A stretch of DNA of 64,000 nucleotides from an uncultured bacterium (GTDB lineage: Bacteria > Patescibacteriota > Saccharimonadia > Saccharimonadales > 2-12-FULL-41-12). The number at the start of each line of letters is the position of its first letter. The first letter of the stretch is position 1. The notes beneath the pieces are model-generated. The model was not told the origin of the DNA, did not search any database, and saw only the letters and a program-made list of their open reading frames with translations. The position numbers and the translations under genes were made by a program. Below are positions 49,233-59,459 of the stretch, in pieces. The DNA is taken from NCBI GenBank assembly GCA_963834265.1, contig CAWIAU010000001.1:327572-391571 (forward strand), given 5' to 3'.

Positions 49233-50003
49233 ATGAAGCAAACATCAACCATAGCTATATTGAATCAGAAGGGTGGGGTAGGTAAAACAACCACTACTAT
49301 TAATATTGCCGCATATCTGGCCAGACAAAAGAAGAAAGTTTTGGTAGTTGATTCTGATCCTCAGGGAAATGCGACAAGTGGACTCGGCATAGATAAAACA
49401 AAACTTGAACTAACATTGTGCGACGTACTAGTTAGTGGAGTAGAGCTGACAAATATAGTACATACTACAAAAGTTGAAAATGTATTTTTGTTACCAACTG
49501 ATGCGCGACTGGCAAGTGCAGAACTGGAACTGGCCAGTGCTCATAACAGGGAAGCAAAGTTAAAGAATGCCTTAAGATCCGCAAATTATGATTATATATT
49601 AATTGATTGTCCGCCGGCACTAAGTTTGCTGACAATCAATGCGCTTACTGCATCTGATCTAGTACTAATCCCGGTACAGGCCGAATATTATGCGCTCGAA
49701 GGATTGAGCCAGTTACTCCAAGTGATGAATCAGGTAAAAACGAGCTATAATCCGGAACTGGAACTATTGGGAGTAGTCATGACTATGTACGACAAAAGGA
49801 CTTCGCTTGCTGAACAGGTGTATAAAGAAGTTGAAAAACATTTTGGTGATAAGTTATTCAAGACAGTGATCCCGCGTAATGTCCGACTGGCCGAAGCGCC
49901 CAGCTTCGGCCAGCCAATATCCGAGTACGACAAATGGAGTAAGGGCGCGCGGGCGTACAAAAAATTATCGGGTGAGGTGGAGGAGCGAATACATGGTAAA
50001 TAA
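49233..50003 (+). CDS. parA: chromosome partitioning ATPase ParA/Soj
   Basis: 256 aa with the deviant Walker A motif NQKGGVGKTTTT and the typical ParA length and motifs. Confidence 0.95.
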   Translation: MKQTSTIAILNQKGGVGKTTTTINIAAYLARQKKKVLVVDSDPQGNATSGLGIDKTKLELTLCDVLVSGVELTNIVHTTKVENVFLLPTDARLASAELELASAHNREAKLKNALRSANYDYILIDCPPALSLLTINALTASDLVLIPVQAEYYALEGLSQLLQVMNQVKTSYNPELELLGVVMTMYDKRTSLAEQVYKEVEKHFGDKLFKTVIPRNVRLAEAPSFGQPISEYDKWSKGARAYKKLSGEVEERIHGK

Positions 50004-50862
50004 AAAGGGAGGCCTCGGCAAAGGTTTCGGCAGTTTACTGCCAGATAACTTCGACGAGTCAATATTAACAGATAAGAAAGACCGGGTACAAAAGTTGCTC
50101 ATTAGTGATATCCTGAAAGATCCGCAGCAGCCCCGCAAAAGATTCGATGCTACAGAAATCGACGAGCTAAGCCAATCGATAAAGAGGTTTGGTATCCTGC
50201 AGCCCATTGTAGTAAGACCGCATATGGATACTTATATGATCGTGGCCGGCGAACGCCGCTACCATGCCGCAAAAAAAGCCGGACTCACACACTTGCCTGC
50301 ACTGGTCCGTACACCGCTGGAACTTGAGCGCCTGGAAATCGGACTTATAGAAAACATGCAAAGGGTTGACCTGTCATCTATGGAGCAGGCAATCTCTATT
50401 GCCAGGCTAAACCAACAATTTAATATCAGCTATCAGGATATTGCCAAACGTCTTGGCAAGGCCCACACCACTGTAATAAATATTGTCCGATTGTTACAGT
50501 TGCCCGATACAGCCAGCAAAGCCTTAGAGCAAAACCAGATAACCGAGGGCCATGCCCGGGCAATTCTGGCACTCAAAGAAAATCAGCCAAGCCAGGAAAA
50601 ACTGCTTGCGAACATTATCCGTAATAAATGGTCAGTCCGGCAGGCTGAACAATTTGTATCTGCCCAAAGGTCTGTTACGGACAAAAATCGCGATACTGCC
50701 AAAAAACACATGCGAATTAAAAATCCCGAAACCAGACGCCTGAGTAAACAACTTCATGCCGATGTGACAATAGCCCGTACAGCCAAAGGTGGCCGATTAC
50801 AGATTGCCTTTTCGTCCGATGATGAGTTAAATCGTATACTCGTAGAATTGCTTAAATCCTAG
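49993..50862 (+). CDS. parB: chromosome partitioning protein ParB/Spo0J
   Basis: I take the start at the internal ATG at 49993 (MVNKKGGLGKGFGSLLP), which overlaps the parA stop by 11 nt. The protein has a ParB N-terminal box, a helix-turn-helix region and GERRYHAAK. Confidence 0.92.
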   Translation: MVNKKGGLGKGFGSLLPDNFDESILTDKKDRVQKLLISDILKDPQQPRKRFDATEIDELSQSIKRFGILQPIVVRPHMDTYMIVAGERRYHAAKKAGLTHLPALVRTPLELERLEIGLIENMQRVDLSSMEQAISIARLNQQFNISYQDIAKRLGKAHTTVINIVRLLQLPDTASKALEQNQITEGHARAILALKENQPSQEKLLANIIRNKWSVRQAEQFVSAQRSVTDKNRDTAKKHMRIKNPETRRLSKQLHADVTIARTAKGGRLQIAFSSDDELNRILVELLKS

Positions 50863-50965
50863 AAAATCAAATTTGGTTTTGTCACAAAAAATGAACGATC
50901 GGCTAACTTTTGTGTCGAATATATATTATTGGAAAGTTGGTCGGCGCATTCCACAGAAATATTGT

Positions 50966-51634
50966 TCAGAATGTTTTCTTTTGGTCCAAAGGCAGGATCC
51001 GGACAGCAAGTCGTCCTACTATATCGCTGCTTGATACTGGTCCGAAGACTCTGGAGTCAAGAGAGTTGCCACGGTTGTCACCCAGTACAAATACCTGGTC
51101 CGCACCGACAACCTCATTTACTTCGCCCTGCGTGCTCGTTATAGCGCTTACCTGAGGTCCTACTTTGTCCGGATTGAATCCGGCAGGGTAAGCATTATTA
51201 AATATAGTAACAATGCCGTCTTTGATGACTACCCTGTCGCCCGGAATCCCGATAACGCGCTTAATCAGCTGTTTTTGCGAAGGTGTACCAGAGTTAGCTA
51301 TGGAGATTTCCTGTCGGTTGAAGACTATAATATCATTGCGATCAGGTACATAGGCGTGTCCCGTAATTTTCGACCATGTCTTTGCTATTTTTACGACAAT
51401 GAGACGGTCTTTATTACTAAGAGTTGATTCCATACTAGGTCCTTCAACTTCATAGGACTGGAAAACAAAAGCCACGATAGTCAGTGCAATTAGAGGAGCA
51501 GCAACTATGACGGCAAGCGTAGACAGCAGATCTTTCCGGCTCTTTTTATTGTCTGACGGGGGATTGAGATCGCCGTCCGGCATTTCCCGTACAGTTTCCT
51601 TTGGTGGCTTGGAGGTGTCGGAGTTAGAATCCAT
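50966..51634 (-). CDS. lepB: signal peptidase I
   Basis: 222 aa with a TM anchor, the catalytic Ser box GPSMESTL, the Lys box KRVIGIPGD and GDNRGNSLDSR. The stop codon is TGA. Confidence 0.93.
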   Translation of the reverse strand: MDSNSDTSKPPKETVREMPDGDLNPPSDNKKSRKDLLSTLAVIVAAPLIALTIVAFVFQSYEVEGPSMESTLSNKDRLIVVKIAKTWSKITGHAYVPDRNDIIVFNRQEISIANSGTPSQKQLIKRVIGIPGDRVVIKDGIVTIFNNAYPAGFNPDKVGPQVSAITSTQGEVNEVVGADQVFVLGDNRGNSLDSRVFGPVSSSDIVGRLAVRILPLDQKKTF

Positions 51635-51778
51635 TCAAACAGATTAACACATAACGGATGCAGAAGCCGTTTTATATAGTCCGAGGGGGGGTGACAAGAG
51701 GTACGAAAGCCCTTATACTATATCCTTGTCCAGGTGGCATATTGCTGATGCCGCCGACCATAGATTTATAACAGACTT

Positions 51779-53449
51779 ATGCATGATATTAATGACAAAA
51801 AAAACAAGCCAAAATCTACCGTTGTTTCAATAGACGGACTCAGTCGTCCGGCACATCGACCTAACCCGTTAACCGGCAGTATTGATTTTAAAAAGCCTGC
51901 TCAGAATTTTTCCCGTAGAACTGCGATTGATAATTTTCACCGTCCAGATGGCTATTCTGCCAATAACAGTAGTAATCTGAACAATGTTATTGCCAAAGCT
52001 CCTGCGCCCGCAAGACAACCCGTATTATCTAAGCCGGAGAAAAAATTTCCGCGTTTGGGTCGGCGGAGGCGGGACACAAATACTAATGGAGCACTCCACC
52101 AGCGCAAGCGCAAACTACCGCTACGCAAAAAAATTCTCCGGGGTTTAGCAATATTAGTGCTTATCCTGTTGCTTATCGGTGGTTTTTTGTTTGCGAAGGG
52201 TTATATTAATTTGAACAAAATTTTCAAAGGTGGCGGCAGTGCGGCGGCTCTTCAGCAGAATGTAGATCCCTCTAAGCTTAACGGCGAGGGCGATGGACGC
52301 GTAAATATTCTGGTACTGGGACGGGCAGGTGACGGACATCCCGGGGCAGATCTGACGGATACTATTATACTGGCCAGTATTGATCCGATCAGCAAAGATG
52401 CGGCACTACTCAGTATCCCCAGAGATCTCTATGTTAAGGTACCCGGCGAAGGTTCTATGAAGATCAATGCCGCATATGCGTCCGGGAAAAGCGGCATACT
52501 CGGAAAAGCCGGCCGGATAACTTCGGACGTCAAAAAGGAGGCCGAAAATGCCGGATTCAAAACAGTCGAAGATGTAGTGCAGAGCACATTGGGTATACCC
52601 ATCCATTACCATGTTATGATTGACTTTACCGGATTCGAAAAAGCAATTGATACTGTCGGCGGAATAAATTTCAATGCGCCACATAAGGTTGTTGAAAAAA
52701 TGAATATTAATGGCCGGATATATACTCTGAATGTTCAGCCGGGCCAGCAACATTTCGATGGTTTCAAAGCGCTGGCTTACGCCCGTTCCCGCTACACCAG
52801 TCCGCGAGGCGATTTTGACAGGGCCGAACGCCAGCGACTGATCATTGTTTCTTTGAAAGAAAAGATACTTAGTGCCGGCACTTACTCCAACCCTGCCAAG
52901 GTATCACAGTTATTCGACGCGTTTGGTGAACACGTTCAGACCAATTTCAGCACCGGAGACATCAGCCGTCTATATGACATAGCCAAGGAGATTGATAAGA
53001 GTAAAATTACCTCAATCGCTTTAGTTGACCCACCCAACGATTTCCTGACAATCAGTAATATCAACGGTCTTTCAGTCGTAATTCCCAAAGCCGGAGCGGG
53101 TAACTATGCAGCTATTCAGTCATATTTGCGCAATACGCTAAAGGATAGTTTCCTCAAGGACGAAAACGCTTCGATCATGGTGCTTAACGGGACGACCAGG
53201 GCGGGACTAGCGACCACCAAAGCCGAGGAGCTCAAATCATTCGGATATAATATTACCAAAATTGATAATGCGCCGGGCAATAACTATACCAAAAGTGTAT
53301 TAGTTGATATGAGGGGCGGTGCCAAGAAGTATACACAGCATTATCTCGAACAGCGGTTCAAGACTAGCGCTGTCAGCAAAATGCCCGATAACCTGATTCA
53401 ACCAGGGACCGCCGATTTTGTTATAATAGTTGGTAATGACCAACTCTAA
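51779..53449 (+). CDS. LytR-CpsA-Psr (LCP) family cell-envelope glycopolymer transferase with a C-terminal LytR_C-like domain
   Basis: 556 aa. A basic N-terminal tail and a TM helix are followed by the LCP core VNILVLGRAG...DTIILASIDP...LSIPRDLYV. Confidence 0.9.
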   Translation: MHDINDKKNKPKSTVVSIDGLSRPAHRPNPLTGSIDFKKPAQNFSRRTAIDNFHRPDGYSANNSSNLNNVIAKAPAPARQPVLSKPEKKFPRLGRRRRDTNTNGALHQRKRKLPLRKKILRGLAILVLILLLIGGFLFAKGYINLNKIFKGGGSAAALQQNVDPSKLNGEGDGRVNILVLGRAGDGHPGADLTDTIILASIDPISKDAALLSIPRDLYVKVPGEGSMKINAAYASGKSGILGKAGRITSDVKKEAENAGFKTVEDVVQSTLGIPIHYHVMIDFTGFEKAIDTVGGINFNAPHKVVEKMNINGRIYTLNVQPGQQHFDGFKALAYARSRYTSPRGDFDRAERQRLIIVSLKEKILSAGTYSNPAKVSQLFDAFGEHVQTNFSTGDISRLYDIAKEIDKSKITSIALVDPPNDFLTISNINGLSVVIPKAGAGNYAAIQSYLRNTLKDSFLKDENASIMVLNGTTRAGLATTKAEELKSFGYNITKIDNAPGNNYTKSVLVDMRGGAKKYTQHYLEQRFKTSAVSKMPDNLIQPGTADFVIIVGNDQL

Positions 53450-53457
53450 ACAGTATT

Positions 53458-53510
53458 CAGTATTCAGTAACCAGTTATCAGTGCGGAAAACTGGTTTTTT
53501 ACTGAATACT
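53458..53510 (+). terminator. rho-independent terminator after the LCP gene
   Basis: AACCAGTT (53469-53476), a 12-nt loop, AACTGGTT (53489-53496), then a T-run to 53500. An outer AGTATTCAGTA/TACTGAATACT pairing extends the stem. Confidence 0.7.
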
Positions 53511-53544
53511 AATTACTGTTCGCTGATTACCTCAAACCGAAGGT

Positions 53545-54315
53545 ATGCCTGTGGTTAAGATGATTATTAATCGCATGCGACCGGGGCGCGGCTTTGCTCA
53601 TATTTTTCACCTGAGTCTGGTGGCAATTCTGCCGATCATAATGTTCATATTGGTTCGTATGGAGTTCGAGGGCATTGCTCTGGCAGTCCTTCTTCTTAGT
53701 AAGTGGCGCATGTTTGCTGTGCGTCCTCATCACTGGGCTGCTCATATAAGAACTAACGCTGTTGATATTATTGTCGGAGTCAGTATTCTGGCATGCATGT
53801 CATATGCAGATGAAGCCAGTACCCAGCTGTTCTGGGCAGCGATTTATGAAATATGGCTGCTTGTCATCAAACCCGGCTCAAATGTTCTGATGATATCAAT
53901 GCAGGCAATCATTGCTCAATTTTTGGGCCTGACTTCATTATTTCTGGCATTTCCTGACACGCACAATACTCCTCTGGCATTATATGTAGTTGGTTTCTGG
54001 ATGATTACTTACTTTTCGGCTCGCCACTATTTCGGCAGTTTTGATGAGCCGCAGGCAAGATTGCTTTCAGCTGTCTGGGCCTTTTTTGGCGCGAGTCTTA
54101 TGTGGGTGTTGGGCCACTGGCTGCTCTTTATCGGACCCGTGGCCCAGCCGGCAATATTATTGTCAGTGCTGGGATACGGCTTGGCAGGGCTTTATTATCT
54201 GGACGAGACGGACAGATTATCGACTCTGGTGCGGCGGCAGATTATTGTAGTTATGTTCGCTATCGTAACGGTAATGATACTGTTCTCAGATTGGGGCGAC
54301 AAAGCTCTCAGCTAA
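53545..54315 (+). CDS. polytopic integral membrane protein, function unknown
   Basis: 256 aa with about 6-7 hydrophobic helices. I recognise no family motif. Confidence 0.7.
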   Translation: MPVVKMIINRMRPGRGFAHIFHLSLVAILPIIMFILVRMEFEGIALAVLLLSKWRMFAVRPHHWAAHIRTNAVDIIVGVSILACMSYADEASTQLFWAAIYEIWLLVIKPGSNVLMISMQAIIAQFLGLTSLFLAFPDTHNTPLALYVVGFWMITYFSARHYFGSFDEPQARLLSAVWAFFGASLMWVLGHWLLFIGPVAQPAILLSVLGYGLAGLYYLDETDRLSTLVRRQIIVVMFAIVTVMILFSDWGDKALS

Positions 54316-54340
54316 TGCTATTTCCTGTATAATAGTAAGC

Positions 54341-55546
54341 ATGGCGTTGCGAAACTATTCCGAATTCAGTTCCCCTGGCGATTCGCCACCACGTAAATCT
54401 ACGGGCATAAATTCCCGCATAGCTGCTGTACTGTTACTGTTTATAAGTAGTACCAGTGCCGGCTTTTTGGGTGGCTATTTCGGAGGCAAAAGCGCGATAG
54501 AAGACAGCGGTCAGCAAAGTCAGGTTATCAATCAGCAGATTGTAGGTAGCGAAAGCAAGCTCATTACTCAGATCGTCAAAGATACTGGTTCCGGCGTTGT
54601 ATCGATCAATGTCATCAGTGATGCCGTACGTGACACTGTATTTGGTCCGCGTGCCATAACTCAGCAAAGTGCCGGTACAGGTTTCATCCTGAACGAAGAC
54701 GGCATCATTATAACCAACCGCCACGTTATTCCGAAAGAATCTACGCAAGTCAGTGTTACGCTTTCGGATGGCACAGAGTTGACCGATGTAGAAGTCATCG
54801 GCCGTACTTCAGATACTGATCCGCTTGATGTCGCATTCTTGAAAGTGAAGGACAAAAAAGGTAAGGACCTTAAGCCGGTTAAGCTGGGCGATTCTACTCA
54901 GGTGGAAGTGGGGGAGAAGGTTATAGCTATCGGCAATGCCCTTGGACAGTTTCAAAATACAGTAACCAGCGGCATTATCTCGGGCTACGGACGCAGTGTT
55001 GAAGCAGGTAATGAATCAGGAAGCAGCGAAACACTGCAGAATCTTTTCCAGACAGATGCCTCGATCAACGAAGGTAATTCCGGCGGTCCGTTGGTCAACG
55101 CGCGGGGAGAAGTCATTGGCATCAATACAGCTATAGCGGGCAATGGCGCCGAGAATATAGGCTTCGCTATACCAATCAGCGACGTGCAGGGAGTTATCAA
55201 AAGCGTACTCAAAGACGGCAAGCTGGAGCGACCGTATCTGGGCGTGCGCTATATTACACTGACAGACGACATTGCATACCAGCTCAATTTGAGCGTCAAG
55301 CGCGGTGCTTATCTGGCTCCCGGCCGGGGCCAATCTGTAACTGTTCCCGGCAGCCCTGCCGAGAAGGCCGGACTCAAAGAAAAAGACGTTATCATAAAAG
55401 CCAATGACACATCTATTGACGAAAAAAACAGCCTGTCATCAACACTTGGCAGGTTCGGCGTGGGAGATAAAGTAACATTGACAATTATACGCGACGGCAA
55501 AGACATGAAAATCGATGTGACGCTGGAGGCTATGCCGGGGAGTTAG
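54341..55546 (+). CDS. htrA: HtrA/DegP-family serine protease with a PDZ domain
   Basis: 401 aa with an N-terminal anchor, the His (TNRHV), Asp (DVAFLKV) and Ser (GNSGGPLVN) triad context, and a C-terminal PDZ-like region. Confidence 0.93.
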   Translation: MALRNYSEFSSPGDSPPRKSTGINSRIAAVLLLFISSTSAGFLGGYFGGKSAIEDSGQQSQVINQQIVGSESKLITQIVKDTGSGVVSINVISDAVRDTVFGPRAITQQSAGTGFILNEDGIIITNRHVIPKESTQVSVTLSDGTELTDVEVIGRTSDTDPLDVAFLKVKDKKGKDLKPVKLGDSTQVEVGEKVIAIGNALGQFQNTVTSGIISGYGRSVEAGNESGSSETLQNLFQTDASINEGNSGGPLVNARGEVIGINTAIAGNGAENIGFAIPISDVQGVIKSVLKDGKLERPYLGVRYITLTDDIAYQLNLSVKRGAYLAPGRGQSVTVPGSPAEKAGLKEKDVIIKANDTSIDEKNSLSSTLGRFGVGDKVTLTIIRDGKDMKIDVTLEAMPGS

Positions 55547-55550
55547 CGTT

Positions 55551-55713
55551 TTAAAGACAAAACTTACCGACCTGCCCCAATCTGCCCGCCCCAGCCGGCT
55601 AAAACAATTTTTCGTTCGTTCACCGTATCTACGTATATGGCTCGGTCGCGAAAAATCGTTTAGCCCGGCGATAATCGGCCAGCTTTAGTGGCATCCCGGA
55701 ATGTTTTGTCTTT
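55551..55713. other. nested inverted-repeat element between the convergent genes htrA and prmC
   Basis: The outer perfect 12-bp inverted repeat is TAAAGACAAAAC (55551-55562) / GTTTTGTCTTTA (55702-55713). The inner imperfect ~19-bp stem pairs 55593-55613 with 55648-55668. Confidence 0.4.
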
Positions 55714-56551
55714 ATCTTCTGAAAAGCTGTACCAAAACTTTAGTTTTCACAAGAGTATAACCGGCTACGGACGCAAGTTTTTCCATTTCCACATGCTGAC
55801 TAACTAAAGATTCTGTCAAAACATACTTCGTTCGTACAAATTGCGAGTTATTCGCAATTTGTTGCCAGAACTTCCGATAATGATCCATACCATCCGTGCC
55901 CGAAAAAAGTGCTACCGGTGGTTCTTGTTTGATCTCGGGACTGGTAATCAGATTATCGGGAACATAAGGCAGGTTGGCAAGGAGGATAGCTGGTAGCTGG
56001 TAGTTGGTATTTTGCAGGGGTTCGAGCAGGGAGCCACGGAGAAACTTTATCTCAACTTTATGATTCAAAGCATTTTTTTTGGCTATTATTAGTGCACCGG
56101 CGCTAAGATCGGTTGCCAGGACTTCGATTTCCGGCCACTCCAGCTTTGTAGTTATCGCAAAAGCTCCTGAACCGGTTCCTATATCAACAAGTGTCGTATT
56201 GCTGTCCATTGCCCATTGCCCACTGTCTACTAAATCCTTCAAAAGTTCAATAAAGCTTTCCGACTCGGGGCGGGGGATCAGAACCCGTGGATTCACATCA
56301 AAAAATCGCTTATAGAACCAGGCTTTGCCGCGGATATAGGCCAGCGGCTCCCGTTTCATTCGTCTGGCGATCAGGCTATCCAATGTTTTCAGTAGTGACG
56401 GGTCTAATTTATGTTCGGGATGGGCCAGGACCCACGACCTGTCTTTATGCACTGTATCTTCCAGCAGAACCAGCGCGTCCCGCCGCGGAGAATCCACACC
56501 CGCATCTCCCAGCTTAGCCATAACCCCAAACAACCATTCCGCAACCGTCAT
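55712..56551 (-). CDS. prmC: release-factor glutamine N5-methyltransferase (PrmC/HemK)
   Basis: 279 aa with the SAM-binding motif VDIGTGSGA. Motif IV reads NLPY instead of the canonical NPPY. The gene lies in the conserved prfA-prmC context. Confidence 0.88.
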   Translation of the reverse strand: MTVAEWLFGVMAKLGDAGVDSPRRDALVLLEDTVHKDRSWVLAHPEHKLDPSLLKTLDSLIARRMKREPLAYIRGKAWFYKRFFDVNPRVLIPRPESESFIELLKDLVDSGQWAMDSNTTLVDIGTGSGAFAITTKLEWPEIEVLATDLSAGALIIAKKNALNHKVEIKFLRGSLLEPLQNTNYQLPAILLANLPYVPDNLITSPEIKQEPPVALFSGTDGMDHYRKFWQQIANNSQFVRTKYVLTESLVSQHVEMEKLASVAGYTLVKTKVLVQLFRR

Positions 56552-57060
56552 TTTATATGTCTCATTATTTCCGTCACTACCTTACGAACAGGCTGAGTAG
56601 AATCAATAGCAATACATTTATCACTGTTTAGCAAGTCGGCCTGAACTTTCTGCCTTATATTTTTCATCCGGGCACGTTCTTCCGGATGTTTACCAAAATC
56701 GTTTGTGTCCCGATTAGCTAACCTTTGAAGCATCGTATCTTCGTCTATTGTCAGCACAAAAATCTTATCAAACAAATTATAAAACTCGTACTGAGTGCTA
56801 GACAGGCCGCAGATTAGCACGGGTTCCTTACTACTCAATAGTTCTTTGATTTTATCCGGATCCCAGGCCCAATAATGGCTGAGTTTCCACTCAGCAGATG
56901 CATTTTTTGGCACAACTACCGGTTTTTTTGTAATCTGGTCCACAAATCTGCTGGCGCCAGGAGTTTCATCGGTACTATAGGCGTTAAAACCTGCTTTTTG
57001 TAGCTCAACAGCAATGGTTGACTTACCGCTCCCGGGGAATCCGGTAACTAAATACTTCAT
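56548..57060 (-). CDS. small P-loop NTPase / kinase-like protein
   Basis: 170 aa with the Walker A motif GFPGSGKST. Its stop overlaps the prmC start (ATGA), and its start overlaps the prfA stop by 1 nt (TAATG). Confidence 0.8.
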   Translation of the reverse strand: MKYLVTGFPGSGKSTIAVELQKAGFNAYSTDETPGASRFVDQITKKPVVVPKNASAEWKLSHYWAWDPDKIKELLSSKEPVLICGLSSTQYEFYNLFDKIFVLTIDEDTMLQRLANRDTNDFGKHPEERARMKNIRQKVQADLLNSDKCIAIDSTQPVRKVVTEIMRHIK

Positions 57061-58121
57061 TAATCTGATTTTATTAATTCACGTTCGGCTTCGTGTAGTT
57101 TTTCGATCAAATCGTCGATGTCGCCGGCCAGAGCGGCGGGGATATTGGATCTACTGTAGCCGATGCGGTGATCAGTGATGCGGTCCTGTGGCATGTTATA
57201 TGTGCGGATTTTTTCACTGCGGTCACCGGATCCGATGAGCTTTTTCCGTGCATCAGACAATTCTTTTTGTTCGGCTTCGATTTTGGCTGCCAGCAGGCGA
57301 GAGCGTAGTACGCCCATAGCTTTTTCTTTATTTTTAATCTGAGATTTTTCGTCCTGGCATGTGACTACAGTATCGGTCGGCAGGTGAGTGATGCGCACTG
57401 CAGAGTCGGTGGTGTTGACGCTCTGACCGCCGTGCCCGCCGGAACGGAAGACATCAATCCGCAGGTCCTCGGCCCGTATTTCCATATCTGTTTCTTCGGC
57501 TTCCGGCATGACGGCTACTGTAACGGTGCTGGTATGCACGCGTCCCTGCGACTCTGTAACGGGTACGCGCTGTACGCGGTGCACACCAGCTTCGAACTTG
57601 AGATTGCGAAAAGCCTGATCGCCTTTAATTTCGAATACAACTTCTTTGAATCCGCCGGTATCGTTGGCACTGTCACTAATATGCTCGCTTTTGAAACCAT
57701 GATTCTCAGCCCAGCGGATATACATACGGTATAACTCAGCAGCGAAGATGCTGGACTCGTCACCACCGGCCGCGGCACGGATCTCGATGACTGCGTTGCG
57801 GCCATCATTCGGGTCTTTTGGTGTCAGCAATTCCTCCAGCATCTTCTCAGTTTCGGCTTTATCGCGCTCAATTACTGCCAATTCCTCGATCGCCATAGCT
57901 GACATCTCCGGATCGCCATCCCTGGCCAAATTCTGAGCCTGAGTTTCCTGTTTTTCGATCTGTTTCAGCTTGTCAATCAAACTAATTACTTCTTTCAACT
58001 CGCTGGCACGCCTGGCAAGTCCGGGATAATTTTTATCATTATAAATATCCGGATTCCGCAGCTTCTCCTGCAATTTTGCATATTCTTTCCGTAGTGAATT
58101 TGCTTTATCTTCCATATTCAA
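57060..58121 (-). CDS. prfA: peptide chain release factor 1
   Basis: 353 aa with the GGQ motif ([12 protein letters not shown]) and an RF1-type PVT tripeptide ([10 protein letters not shown]). Confidence 0.96.
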   Translation of the reverse strand: MNMEDKANSLRKEYAKLQEKLRNPDIYNDKNYPGLARRASELKEVISLIDKLKQIEKQETQAQNLARDGDPEMSAMAIEELAVIERDKAETEKMLEELLTPKDPNDGRNAVIEIRAAAGGDESSIFAAELYRMYIRWAENHGFKSEHISDSANDTGGFKEVVFEIKGDQAFRNLKFEAGVHRVQRVPVTESQGRVHTSTVTVAVMPEAEETDMEIRAEDLRIDVFRSGGHGGQSVNTTDSAVRITHLPTDTVVTCQDEKSQIKNKEKAMGVLRSRLLAAKIEAEQKELSDARKKLIGSGDRSEKIRTYNMPQDRITDHRIGYSRSNIPAALAGDIDDLIEKLHEAERELIKSD

Positions 58122-58179
58122 TCCTTAGAATAACAAAAATCACTCCTAAAACTGAAGTGATTTGTAATATCCTGCGTAG

Positions 58180-58506
58180 CTAGCCGAGTTTTTGAGATTC
58201 TTCTTTACGGACTTTTTCAGTTTTGGCGGCTTTGGCATTGACTGATTCGCGGGCTTTTTTGGCAGCCGCAGTGCGCGCCTTGAACTTATCTACGCGTCCC
58301 TCAATATCGAGCATCTTTTCCTGGCCGGTAAAGAACGGGTGGGATGCGCTGGAAATGTGAACTTTTACCAGAGGATATTCCTTACCATCCTCTAATTTGA
58401 TAGTTCCTTCAGTGGCAGCCGTAGAGCGCGTCAAAAATGTGACATTATTGCTAAGATCCTGGAAAACGACAGGTCGATAATTTACCGGGTGAATATCCTT
58501 TTTCAT
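58180..58506 (-). CDS. rpmE: 50S ribosomal protein L31 (type B, no Cys zinc motif) with a Lys/Ala-rich tail
   Basis: I take the start at MKKDIHP (ATG 58504-58506). The protein contains HPFFTG. Confidence 0.92.
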   Translation of the reverse strand: MKKDIHPVNYRPVVFQDLSNNVTFLTRSTAATEGTIKLEDGKEYPLVKVHISSASHPFFTGQEKMLDIEGRVDKFKARTAAAKKARESVNAKAAKTEKVRKEESQKLG

Positions 58507-58636
58507 AGTCAGTTGCTTAGTATACCTCAAAGTGTTACAATTTGTAAACCATTAATTAATCAGCTGGGAGTATTTCCTCCAAAACGTATGCCGTGCAGGC
58601 TCGTGGCGGTTCCCATGCGAAGCGAAAGGATAATAC

Positions 58637-59428
58637 ATGTCTGTAGACATTGATATTAAGAAATTATTAGAGGCGGGGGCGCACTTTGGCCACAAAACCA
58701 GTCGCTGGCACCCTAAAATGGCGCCTTATATTCACAGCAAACGTGACGGCAGTCACATTATTGACCTGACCAAAACTGTTGAAGGTCTGGAAAACGCTCT
58801 GGCATTCCTGGAAGAAACAGCTGGTGCGGGCAAGCAGGTTTTGCTGACAGGCACCAAGCGACAAGCCAAAGAAATTATCAAAAAAGCAGCCGATGACACT
58901 GGCATGCCCTATGTCTGTGAGCGATGGATTGGTGGCATGCTAACCAATACGACAACTATGAATGGCCGTATCAAGCACCTGATAGACCTGGAGACACGCA
59001 TGGCATCCGGTGCTCTGGATATCAAGTACAATAAGCTCGAAGTCCAGCGGTATCAGGAAGAAATCGACCATATGAACTTCCAATACGGCGGAATCAAATA
59101 TATGGCTAACCGTCCCGGAGCAGTATTTATCATAGATGTTCCTAGCGAGATGAACGCAGTACGTGAAGCCCGCAAACTTGGTATACCAACGGTGGCAATT
59201 GTTGATAGTAATGCTGATCCGAGCCTGATAGATTATCCGATTCCGGCCAATGACGATGCTATTAAAGCTATCCAGCTGATTACAGATTACGCTGTACAGG
59301 CGATTACCAGTGGTAAGCAGCAGCACGCTAAAAAAACCGTCAAACCAGACAAAGCCGAAACTACCGGCGCTGAAGCCTCGGCGCAACCCACCCGGGCAGC
59401 AGAAAAACCTGTAACAATAAGCGCCTGA
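58637..59428 (+). CDS. rpsB: 30S ribosomal protein S2
   Basis: 263 aa with LLEAGAHFGHKTSRWHPKM. Confidence 0.97.
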   Translation: MSVDIDIKKLLEAGAHFGHKTSRWHPKMAPYIHSKRDGSHIIDLTKTVEGLENALAFLEETAGAGKQVLLTGTKRQAKEIIKKAADDTGMPYVCERWIGGMLTNTTTMNGRIKHLIDLETRMASGALDIKYNKLEVQRYQEEIDHMNFQYGGIKYMANRPGAVFIIDVPSEMNAVREARKLGIPTVAIVDSNADPSLIDYPIPANDDAIKAIQLITDYAVQAITSGKQQHAKKTVKPDKAETTGAEASAQPTRAAEKPVTISA

Positions 59429-59459
59429 ACATCATCGCACGACTGAAAGGAGTCAATAC

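Noticed and set aside
49879-49992. The long form of the parB ORF, starting at 49879 (327 aa).
   Set aside because: The N-terminal 38 aa overlap parA in another frame and look non-protein-like. The canonical ParB N-terminus (MVNKKGGLGKGFGSLL) starts at 49993.
49100-50965. A parS centromere site near parAB.
   Set aside because: I saw no close match to TGTTTCACGTGAAACA by eye. The only weak match is about 10/16 near 49178. A computational scan allowing 2-3 mismatches is needed.
50966-57060. An alternative genetic code (UGA sense, as in some CPR lineages), considered because only RF1 is visible.
   Set aside because: lepB and the P-loop gene terminate at TGA with proper protein ends, and all conserved genes translate full-length under the standard code. 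RF2 may simply lie outside the window.
58507-58530. An upstream start for rpmE (MRYTKQLT extension).
   Set aside because: L31 proteins begin with MKKDIHP. The 8-aa extension is not supported by the family pattern.
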